Assembly: GCA_965204375.1 (NCBI GenBank) | Contig: OZ241986.1 | Location: forward strand, 4,416,001-4,480,000 | Reading direction: 5' to 3' | Source: Candidatus Latescibacterota bacterium | Lineage (GTDB): Bacteria; Latescibacterota; UBA2968 | DNA: 64,000 bases | In this document: positions 13,129 through 21,620 of the stretch, piece after piece | How positions within the stretch are numbered: the stretch's first letter is position 1 | How the letters are laid out: each line of letters opens with the position of its first letter | The notes under the pieces: model-generated | Database searches by the model: none | What the model was told of the DNA's origin: nothing | The model's input: only the letters and a program-made list of their open reading frames with translations | Position numbers and translations under genes: made by a program

Positions 13129-14154
13129 ATGACTGATGTTGCGCGACGCGTACTCGTAACAGGTGCTGCGGGATTTATTGGCTTTCATCTCTCCAAACGA
13201 CTGCTCGAAATGGGGCATTCGGTGGTCGGATTGGACAATGTAAACGATTATTACAGTACCCAACTCAAAGAAGACCGCCTATCTATTCTCAAGCGAGAAA
13301 ACGGATTCAAATTTGTTCGCATGCATCTCGAGGACGAAGCGGGAATAGCAGACCTATTTCGCGCAGAGAACTTCTCTCATGTCATCAACCTCGCGGCCCA
13401 GGCGGGCATGCCTTATAGCCTGAAAAATCCCCAGGCCTTCGTCAAAAGCAATGTCATGGGATTTCTCAACATCCTGGAAGGATGTCGCCACTGCGGCATC
13501 GAACACCTGGTCTATGCATCTTCCAGTTCTGTTTATGGCTTGAACACCACCACACCCGCTAACATCCACCAAAATGTCGATCATCCGATCAGCCTGTACG
13601 CAGCGACAAAAAAATCAGATGAATTGATGGCACATGCGTATAGCGATCTATACGACATTCCGACAACCGGATTGCGCTTTTTCTCCGTCTATGGACCCTG
13701 GGGACGTCCGGATGGGGTTGCCTATCTGTGGACCAGAGCCATCCTGAAAAATCGACCGGTCAAAGTCTATAATCACGGGAAAATGCGTCGCAGTTTTACG
13801 TATGTCGGCGACATTGTCGAAGGGGTAGCTCGCGTATTGTCAAATCCCGCAAAGCCAGATCCCGAATGGACAGGGCAATGTCCCGATCCGGGATCGAGTT
13901 CCAGCCCCTATCGGATCTACAATATCGGCAATCCCAATGTTATAGAACTGGAGTATTTCCTCTCGCTATTGGAAGACTTGCTGGGAAAAAAGGCTATCCG
14001 AAAAGATATGCCCATACCGCCTGGAGATTTCACGGATAATGCCGCAGATGTATCGGACCTGATGCGAGATGTCGGCTACAATCCCACAACGCCCATAGAA
14101 ACAGGACTCGCAAATTTTGTCGCCTGGTACAGGGACTATCACAACGTGAAGTAA
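13129..14154 (+). CDS. NAD-dependent epimerase, UDP-glucuronate 4-epimerase-like
   Basis: TGAAGFIG, YAATKK and YGPWGRPD. Confidence 0.92.
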   Translation: MTDVARRVLVTGAAGFIGFHLSKRLLEMGHSVVGLDNVNDYYSTQLKEDRLSILKRENGFKFVRMHLEDEAGIADLFRAENFSHVINLAAQAGMPYSLKNPQAFVKSNVMGFLNILEGCRHCGIEHLVYASSSSVYGLNTTTPANIHQNVDHPISLYAATKKSDELMAHAYSDLYDIPTTGLRFFSVYGPWGRPDGVAYLWTRAILKNRPVKVYNHGKMRRSFTYVGDIVEGVARVLSNPAKPDPEWTGQCPDPGSSSSPYRIYNIGNPNVIELEYFLSLLEDLLGKKAIRKDMPIPPGDFTDNAADVSDLMRDVGYNPTTPIETGLANFVAWYRDYHNVK

Positions 14155-14173
14155 ATCGGATAACGAAAAATGA

Positions 14174-14207
14174 AAAAGCACGCTCTGTTCAGGGCGTGCT
14201 TTTTTTG
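14174..14207. terminator. Bidirectional terminator, near-identical to the atp terminator
   Basis: aaaaagcacgctct-gttc-agggcgtgc followed by a T tract, between convergent genes. Confidence 0.8.
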
Positions 14208-14236
14208 TTGTCCTTTGTGATTGAATATATCACTTT

Positions 14237-15283
14237 TTAGTTTCTAAACTTTCTGACTATTGATTTGACTCTACCTGGAAAAAGGGCAGCATAAGAAGAA
14301 TCTGTCAAATCCAATGCTTGATCTAAATCTTTTATCTTTGGTTCGATTTTTGCCAACATATATCGTTCGTATATTTTCATCGCCGGATACCTTTGAAAAC
14401 CCTCTAATAACTCATCTTCCATCTCTGGTAATTCGGTCTGAACAAAGTGAAACAGGCCATTGTAACAGGGTATATGACCGAGTTCCGCAGTTCTGAATTG
14501 CTGCCCCAGAATGAAATCAATAATTTTACTGAATTTATTCCACGATGGATGATTGCGGAATAATTGATAGACCAGTACAGCCACCAGCGAGTTATTCATA
14601 ACGCCCCAGATAAATCTCGAAAAGTCAATATCGTAAGACAAACGTAGCCCAACTGAGGCAGAGCCGCGTACCCGCCATTCCATCTGATTGATATTTACGC
14701 CATGCATATTTGCGCCATGCATGTTGGCCATGATATATCCCGTCATCATTTCGCCGCCGCTCATTCGCAACCCAGTCATATCCCAAAAATGTGCTTGAAA
14801 ATTTTTAAAATTAGCTCCTGTTGCAACTGCTCCAGTAAAATTTGTGCCTGTTCCAGTTACACTATTAAAATTTGCATCCTTCAACCTTGCGGCGGTAAAA
14901 TCTGAGTAGTCGAGTGTTGCCCCTTCAAAATTGGCTCCGGTAAGATCTGCTTGAGCAAAGTTGAAGTGTGTTAAATCCTCACCTGAGAAATCCATCCCTC
15001 TCAAATCTGCTCCAACATAATACTTATTAGATTCATTGAGCAGATAGTCAGCAGACACTTCGCCGTCTGTTTCCTTTTCAATATAGTCGGCTAAATTCAT
15101 TGCCGTTCTGTCATAAAGCTTGTTCGCCTTTCCGTTGAGAATCCTGCTCAATGTTTGGCGACTGACGTCTGTTTCAGCCTCAATAACCTCTAATTTCAGC
15201 CAGCCATTTTTCCCATTTTTACTATTGCTATAAAGTTGTTTCAGATGTTTAGATATCCTATTAGCCACAACCTCATTAACCAT
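14237..15283 (-). CDS. XRE-type HTH plus pentapeptide-repeat protein
   Basis: DVSRQTLSRILNG HTH, then ADLRG/ADLTG/ANFEG pentapeptide repeats. Confidence 0.8.
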   Translation of the reverse strand: MVNEVVANRISKHLKQLYSNSKNGKNGWLKLEVIEAETDVSRQTLSRILNGKANKLYDRTAMNLADYIEKETDGEVSADYLLNESNKYYVGADLRGMDFSGEDLTHFNFAQADLTGANFEGATLDYSDFTAARLKDANFNSVTGTGTNFTGAVATGANFKNFQAHFWDMTGLRMSGGEMMTGYIMANMHGANMHGVNINQMEWRVRGSASVGLRLSYDIDFSRFIWGVMNNSLVAVLVYQLFRNHPSWNKFSKIIDFILGQQFRTAELGHIPCYNGLFHFVQTELPEMEDELLEGFQRYPAMKIYERYMLAKIEPKIKDLDQALDLTDSSYAALFPGRVKSIVRKFRN

Positions 15284-15592
15284 CGCGTCCCTCAACTGTG
15301 TGAATCGTGTGAAAAGAAATACTCGACAATGAGTATCAAAAAATTAAAATTATTCTTTAAGCCAACTTTTTTACGAGTTGGTGATACGGTCGGAGGCATA
15401 CTTTGCTTTGGACGGTGAAGTATGCCTCTACTTTCATTTCGCAAAATAAGCGACTATAAAATGTAATATAATGCTCCACAATTCAAGACAAAAATGTACC
15501 TATCCTATTTAGATCAAAACCCCGAGATGGTATGATGAGCACGCACGACGAACCACAGAGTAACAGGCATGTCCCTGCAAGTGTAAGCAGGG

Positions 15593-15847
15593 ATGGACAC
15601 AGAGACTAATGAAGATTGGGTGGTAATCCGGGTAAGAGATACAGGCACAGGCATTGAGGAAGAACATCTCACCCAGCTATTTGATCCTTTTTTTACAACC
15701 AAAGAAGTGGGTAAAGGAACGGGACTGGGGCTTTCGGTCAGTTATGGTTTGATCCAAGAGCACGGAGGCCAGATTGAGGTGAGCAGTCAACCGGGCAAAG
15801 GTACTGAGTTCCAGATTTATCTTCCCTTTAGACGAATAGACGAATAG
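15593..15847 (+). pseudogene. C-terminal HATPase fragment of a histidine kinase (deleted paralog of 43324..44484)
   Basis: [24 protein letters not shown]; near-identical to the 3' end of the 43 kb kinase but without PAS and HisKA domains. Confidence 0.85.
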
Positions 15848-16028
15848 ACGAATAGACGAATAGACGAATCAACGAATCAACGAATCAACGAATCAACGAA
15901 TCAACGAATCAACGAATCAACGAATCAACGAATCAACGAATCAACGAATCAACGAATCAACGAATCAACGAATCAACGAATCAACGAATCAACGAATCAA
16001 CGAATCAACGAATCAACGAATCAACGAA
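15829..16028. repeat. 8-bp tandem repeat: (TAGACGAA)x5 + (TCAACGAA)x20
   Basis: Read directly from the sequence. Confidence 0.97.
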
Positions 16029-16147
16029 TCCCGCCACCCAAAATGTATCCGCAGATGGACGCAGATGGGGAAGGCGCAGCTATGAACTGGCGTGGGACGC
16101 AGCGTAGCTATACACCGTTTTGTACAGATGCACAGCGGAGAAAAAAG

Positions 16148-17536
16148 ATGGACAAAGAGAAAATCCTCATCATAGATGACGAGCCGGATATGTTGAGTGG
16201 TTGCCAAAAGTTTCTGGAGGAAGCGGAATACGCTGCTGTCGTGGCAGAATCAGGTGAGGATGGGATCGCGTTGTTCGAGACAGAAAACCCCGATCTGGTC
16301 ATTGTGGATTTGAAGATGCCCGGGATGGACGGGATGGCTGTGCTTCAAAGCATTATGGCACGCGATAGGGAGGCCGTTGTAATTGTCTTTACAGGATATG
16401 GAACCGTTGAGAGTGCAGTGAAAGCGATCAGAGCAGGCGCGTTCGACTTTGTTCAGAAACCATTTGATGTAGATGCATTTCTAATCGTGATAGAGCGGGC
16501 ACTGAAGTTGCGGCAGGTGAGGATGGAGAACAGTGCTTTGAAACAACTGTTGGAGACGCGGTTTCGGTTCGAGAACATCATCGGGCATAGTAAAGCGATC
16601 ACACAGGTATTTGATCTAATGCGAAAAATCAGCGACATAGATGCCAATGTCCTGATCACAGGAGAGAGCGGAACGGGAAAAGAATTGGTGGCGCAGTGTA
16701 TTCACGCCAATAGCAAGCGCAGCCATAAGCCGTTTGTGCCGCTCAACTGCGGGGGCCTGCCAGAGCCTCTCATTGAAAGTGAGATATTTGGTCATACAAA
16801 GGGGGCATTCACAGATGCGAAACAGAACCGCGTCGGGTTAATAGAACACGCTAAGGGTGGGACATTTTTTCTCGATGAAATCGGGGAATTGCCCATGCAC
16901 CTTCAGGTGAAATTCTTGCGCGTTTTGGAAGACCACAAAATTCGCAGGTTGGGAAGCAATGAGGAGATAGAAATCGACATCCGTCTCATCTCGGCGACCA
17001 ATCAGAATATTGAAGCGTTAATAAAAAAGGGCAGATTTCGAGAAGATTTATTTTATCGACTTAACACCTTTGAGATTCACTTACCGCCTCTCAGAGAACG
17101 GCAGGGAGATATTCAACTTCTTGCCATGCACTTTGTGAATCACTTTGCCGAGACCTCTGAAAAGGCGATTCAAGGTATTTCCACCGAGGCAATGGATGTG
17201 TTGTGCGACTATACCTGGCCTGGCAATGTGCGAGAATTGATGCATGTGATGGAGCGAGCTATTGCCCTATCAGATGCGGATGCGATCCAGATCGAGGATT
17301 TACCTGAAAATTTAATCGCTCAGACCGGAGATACCATTGTTTCTCCACAGACCGATTTGCCTTTCCAAGAAGCCAAAGACGCGGTGGTTGAGAAATTTGA
17401 GCGGACCTTTATTGACCGCCTCCTCAAAGCGCACAACGGCAATGTGTCCCGTGCAGCCAGACAGAATGGAATGAATCGGCACAGGCTGCAACGGTTAATC
17501 TCCAAATATGCAATAGATATATCTACTTACAGATAG
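16148..17536 (+). CDS. sigma54-dependent response regulator (REC-AAA+-Fis HTH), copy 1
   Basis: DLKMPGMDG, GESGTGKE, GAFTDA and WPGNVREL. Confidence 0.95.
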   Translation: MDKEKILIIDDEPDMLSGCQKFLEEAEYAAVVAESGEDGIALFETENPDLVIVDLKMPGMDGMAVLQSIMARDREAVVIVFTGYGTVESAVKAIRAGAFDFVQKPFDVDAFLIVIERALKLRQVRMENSALKQLLETRFRFENIIGHSKAITQVFDLMRKISDIDANVLITGESGTGKELVAQCIHANSKRSHKPFVPLNCGGLPEPLIESEIFGHTKGAFTDAKQNRVGLIEHAKGGTFFLDEIGELPMHLQVKFLRVLEDHKIRRLGSNEEIEIDIRLISATNQNIEALIKKGRFREDLFYRLNTFEIHLPPLRERQGDIQLLAMHFVNHFAETSEKAIQGISTEAMDVLCDYTWPGNVRELMHVMERAIALSDADAIQIEDLPENLIAQTGDTIVSPQTDLPFQEAKDAVVEKFERTFIDRLLKAHNGNVSRAARQNGMNRHRLQRLISKYAIDISTYR

Positions 17537-17663
17537 TGGTCAGCCCCTACCCATTCAGCCTTCAATCTTCAGTAGTCATTCCCTAATTTCACATATCCAT
17601 TCCCAATCTCCCGTATCCAGCCTCTCGCTTTTTAGCGGTCATGGTTGGTCAACGGACAGCCAC

Positions 17664-17709
17664 AAGTGCCACATTTATGTTCCAAAAGTGGAACATAAAT
17701 GTGGCACTT
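17664..17709. promoter_or_regulatory. Perfect 21-bp-arm palindrome, candidate upstream activator site
   Basis: aagtgccacatttatgttcca-aaag-tggaacataaatgtggcactt, ~105 bp upstream of the -24 element. Confidence 0.6.
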
Positions 17710-17813
17710 AATCCCTTTTACTCTTACAGCACTTTAAAATATAAAAGTTTTATCTACTTGTCTATCAAGCACTTGAGTGTCTTCAAGTACTTTTTTTATT
17801 CTGAACGAATTTA

Positions 17814-17829
17814 TGGCACGCATCTTGCT
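17814..17829 (+). promoter_or_regulatory. sigma54 -24/-12 promoter
   Basis: TGGCACGCATCTTGCT, exact GG-N10-GC spacing. Confidence 0.85.
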
Positions 17830-17882
17830 CTATAGCAATGTGCGAGACAATAACAACAATCAGATTTTTGATGAGGTGACTT

Positions 17883-18071
17883 ATGACTGCTCAAATAAAA
17901 ATAAAAAGACGCGATCATTTGGCTCATCTCTCCTTGCTCTATGCCATCTGGGGCGATGAAGCCCGATCTGAAGCCTTGCACACGATGATACGTAGAATGA
18001 GCCAGCAAAATAGAGAGATAGACCAGCAATCGTTATTGGCTGGTGAAGTGTGTTTCTATCCGGCAAAATAA
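17883..18071 (+). CDS. Conserved small protein (62 aa), first ORF after the sigma54 promoter
   Basis: GAGGTG RBS; homologous to 46257..46460. Confidence 0.7.
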   Translation: MTAQIKIKRRDHLAHLSLLYAIWGDEARSEALHTMIRRMSQQNREIDQQSLLAGEVCFYPAK

Positions 18072-18126
18072 GCATATATGGACAACAATAAAAATGTAAT
18101 ATCTACGCAATCCAGGGAGGTTTCTC

Positions 18127-19887
18127 ATGGCAAATTCAGAATTATATCGCGTATCGTCCTATACGATTTGTGTCAAGCTGCCTGAAGATCCAAATTACAC
18201 TTTGCTCGTTCACGGCTATACGGGCGCAATAGATAGAGTGAATAAAGAAGTCGCTCAGATGATCAAAAGCAAGGTTGTTCTCTCGGAAGATATGTTTGAT
18301 CAACTGCCTTGTTCAAAAGGGACGATTCATACTTTAATGAAGCGTGGCTATCTGACCAGTCGTTCTCCTGTGGAAGAACGAGAATACGTGCATAGCATGG
18401 CGAATTTTCTCCACCATACCTCAAGTCGAGGTGCCGCATCTTTCCTTTTCTTAGTGGCCTACGATTGCAACTTCCGCTGTCCCTATTGTTATGAAAATGA
18501 CATTTCATCTCATGGAAAGGGGTGGTCAAAACAGGTCTTTACAAAGGAATTGGTTGACCGCGCATATCAGGCTATGCTTGAAATCCAACCGAACAGAGCC
18601 ATACATAGCAAAAATATCACTTTGTATGGTGGAGAGCCTTTGTTAAAAAAAAATAAAGAGATTGTGCAGTATATCGTAGATGAAGGTTTGAAACACGGTT
18701 ACACTTTTTCTGCGATTACAAATGGATATGATCTTCACCATTTTACGGATTTATTAGGTCCCCAAAAAATCAGACGTCTCCAGATTACCTTAGATGGCGA
18801 AGAAGAAAATCACAATCTCAAGCGTCCACATTATCGTGCAGGAGATAGTTTTGATGCGATCATGAAAAATGTGGCACTTGCTCTGTCGCTTGATGTGCAA
18901 GTTTCAATGCGAATCAATACAGATTACGACAATGTGGATATTTTACCTGCATTATTTGATTTGTTCAAAGATAGAGGATTTACAGAGTATCCGAAATTTT
19001 CGGCCTATTCTGCATTGGTGCATCAGGTTGAAGAGAGCCTGTCCTGTAGTTCTACCATGTCAGGAAAAAAGACGCCAGGCAATTATGGCCAGACGACACC
19101 TCTGCTTTCTATTGAATCACCAGCATCAGATTTTGAACCCTCTGAGTCTGTTGCCTCTGTCATATCCTTTAAGGAGAGTAAGACTCAGAAACAAAAAACT
19201 TTTGATCATGAAGAATTTGAACTCCAAGCACAGTTGCACACTGCTTCTGAAATGCTCATAGATGAAGAACAATATATCAATGTGGAACAAGAAGAAAAAA
19301 TTTTCTCGAACTACCAAAACGGCACACGCCCAGTTGGTCTTCATGAACTCTCTCAAGAGATGGAGTCAAACCATCTCGAGAATCGAAAAATTCCTGTTAT
19401 GCCGAGAAGAGAGTTTACACGCAAATATTATCAATTTGCTAAAGAAAATCCTGACTTGATGCATCAAATTTCTTGCCAAGACTATGGCATTAGACAGAGT
19501 TTCAAACAGGCCCTTGATGGTAAAGGTCTGTTGAGTTTTAAACCCATCTTCTGCGGGGCGCAGAACCGTATGTTGATCCTCGATCCTTATGGAGATCTCT
19601 ATACATGTTGGGAAATGGTGGGTTTAGATCGGTATAAAGTTGGTAGCTATATCAATCAAGTTGAATTCAATGATGAACGTTTATCAGAATGGTATGATCG
19701 GAATATTTCCAATGTACCGTCTTGCAGTAAATGCAAATATGCATTCTTTTGTGGTGGAGGGTGTGCTGCACATGCATTTATAAAAAATAATGGAAATGTC
19801 AACACATCCTATTGTGATGAGTATCCCAGGATTTTCCATACAGTTGTGCCTGAGATATTTGAGGAGCAAAAACAAAAAACCTTATAG
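18127..19887 (+). CDS. Radical SAM/SPASM peptide maturase
   Basis: CNFRCPYC, YGGEPL and SPASM cysteines (FCGA...YTCWE...CSKCKYAFFCGGGC...YC); RRE-like N-terminus. Confidence 0.93.
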   Translation: MANSELYRVSSYTICVKLPEDPNYTLLVHGYTGAIDRVNKEVAQMIKSKVVLSEDMFDQLPCSKGTIHTLMKRGYLTSRSPVEEREYVHSMANFLHHTSSRGAASFLFLVAYDCNFRCPYCYENDISSHGKGWSKQVFTKELVDRAYQAMLEIQPNRAIHSKNITLYGGEPLLKKNKEIVQYIVDEGLKHGYTFSAITNGYDLHHFTDLLGPQKIRRLQITLDGEEENHNLKRPHYRAGDSFDAIMKNVALALSLDVQVSMRINTDYDNVDILPALFDLFKDRGFTEYPKFSAYSALVHQVEESLSCSSTMSGKKTPGNYGQTTPLLSIESPASDFEPSESVASVISFKESKTQKQKTFDHEEFELQAQLHTASEMLIDEEQYINVEQEEKIFSNYQNGTRPVGLHELSQEMESNHLENRKIPVMPRREFTRKYYQFAKENPDLMHQISCQDYGIRQSFKQALDGKGLLSFKPIFCGAQNRMLILDPYGDLYTCWEMVGLDRYKVGSYINQVEFNDERLSEWYDRNISNVPSCSKCKYAFFCGGGCAAHAFIKNNGNVNTSYCDEYPRIFHTVVPEIFEEQKQKTL

Positions 19888-19986
19888 TGTATATAAACTC
19901 TTAAGAGAAAGGAGACATTATATTTTGATGCTGATATAAACGAAGATGTCATCTCTGTTTAATTTTCAATCAAGGAGGGTAGTATC

Positions 19987-20235
19987 ATGTCTTCCCCAGT
20001 GTCTTCAGAAGCCGATCTCAAAGCGCACATAGCGTCATACCCTGAACTTTACGAGGATCTGGCTGTTGATGTTCTTGAAGAACGTTTGGAAATGTGGTGT
20101 GTTTGCGATAGTTTGGAGTGCATTTGTGATGAGTTTGAGTGCATTTGTGATGAGTTTGAGTGTATTTGTGATGATCTTTGTATTGATTGTTGGACTGATT
20201 TTTGTGTGATTGATCTGTGTGATATTGATTCTTAG
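19987..20235 (+). CDS. Cys/Asp/Glu-rich RiPP precursor peptide
   Basis: AAGGAGGG RBS; Cys-free 36-aa leader ending LEERLEM; 46-aa core with 12 Cys; directly after the rSAM gene. Confidence 0.85.
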   Translation: MSSPVSSEADLKAHIASYPELYEDLAVDVLEERLEMWCVCDSLECICDEFECICDEFECICDDLCIDCWTDFCVIDLCDIDS

Positions 20236-20634
20236 AAGATCTTTAGAACCCCAACTGTCTTTACACAATGAATCTTCGTGGTCAAGGCCACTCATATTGT
20301 TTTGCAAAAATATAGGTGGTCTCGATCATTCTTAATACTTTTTTGTCGCGCTTGGGGATTCACCAAAGAATTTTTAGAATTGCGATAAAACGAATAACTT
20401 ATACTAATCGTATGAATTAACTTTGCATGACATTTTAGGGTATTTTCGAGAACGATGGCTTGACTGTATTTTGATACGCAGAATAGAATAGGCATGCAAA
20501 TCTGATTACAAATGCAAGATTTCTATTTCTGATTAGTATTACTTATTTAATGATTATATTGCTCGCCAAAGCGTGCTACAACTCGTCTGGCTTCTCTAAT
20601 CATTGATCGCGTAAAATATTCAGGAGGCATACTG

Positions 20635-21528
20635 ATGGTCATTCGCATTTCAAACTTGGCAAAAACATATCGACGCGGTGATACGCCAGTACTAGACGAT
20701 GTCACTTTGAGCATCCCACACGGCACATTTGGTCTGTTGGGACCCAATGGCGCGGGAAAAACTACGCTAATCAAAATCCTGTCGACCCAAATGGACGCAT
20801 CGAGCGGCAACGTTACCATGGATGATTTCGATTTGGTCCAAAACCGCGCAGAAATTCGGCATCGCATTGGATATTTGCCTCAGCATTTTGGCACCTATCC
20901 CCAACTCACCGCTTGGGAATTTCTCGATTATATGGGCATTTTGGGCGGTATCCACAACAGGACAGAGCGTCTAAATCGCGTAGAGCAAGCTCTAAACGAA
21001 GTCGGGTTATACGATGCACGCAAGTGGCACACGGGCACGTTTTCCGGTGGCATGGTGCGGCGTCTTGGCATTGCACAGGCCATTTTGACCGATCCAGAGT
21101 TTCTCATTGTCGATGAACCCACCGTGGGGCTTGATCCGGAAGAACGCATCCGGTTTCGAAGTATTTTGGGACGCTTGAGCAGCGATCGCGCCATTTTGAT
21201 CTCCACGCATATTGTAGGTGATATTTCGAGCACTTGCAAGGATATCGCAATTTTGAATCGTGGACAACTGGTCTTTCGCGGCTCCCCATCAGACCTGATT
21301 TCAAAGGCGGATGGCAAGACGTGGCAAATACAGGTTGATGAGCCCCACTTTGAAAAGCTGTCGCGTGTGTTTCATGTAGTGACGGTCAATGTTGAAGGGG
21401 ATCGCATGAGTGTGCGAATGGTGGGCGATGGCGATCCTCTCGCTGATGCCGAAGCAGTCTCGCCCAATCTGGAAGATGCGTATCTCTATTTTATGAGTGG
21501 CGACATTACTGATGAAATCGCATCGTGA
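20635..21528 (+). CDS. ABC transporter ATP-binding protein
   Basis: GPNGAGKTT, FSGGM and VDEPT. Confidence 0.95.
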   Translation: MVIRISNLAKTYRRGDTPVLDDVTLSIPHGTFGLLGPNGAGKTTLIKILSTQMDASSGNVTMDDFDLVQNRAEIRHRIGYLPQHFGTYPQLTAWEFLDYMGILGGIHNRTERLNRVEQALNEVGLYDARKWHTGTFSGGMVRRLGIAQAILTDPEFLIVDEPTVGLDPEERIRFRSILGRLSSDRAILISTHIVGDISSTCKDIAILNRGQLVFRGSPSDLISKADGKTWQIQVDEPHFEKLSRVFHVVTVNVEGDRMSVRMVGDGDPLADAEAVSPNLEDAYLYFMSGDITDEIAS

Positions 21529-21620
21529 AGATAAAAAAGAAGAAACTTTCTTATTGATCACCAGCCTTGGGCGGTGTAGGTGGTCCTTTTAAGTCTTGTC
21601 CTTGGAAAAGGAGTAATACC

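Noticed and set aside
15829-16028. Possible CRISPR array
   Set aside because: Pure 8-bp tandem repeat with no unique spacers and no cas genes.
20035-20307. Minus-strand ORF with LKLITNA repeats
   Set aside because: Antisense of the precursor repeat; the plus-strand ORF has the strong RBS and operon context.
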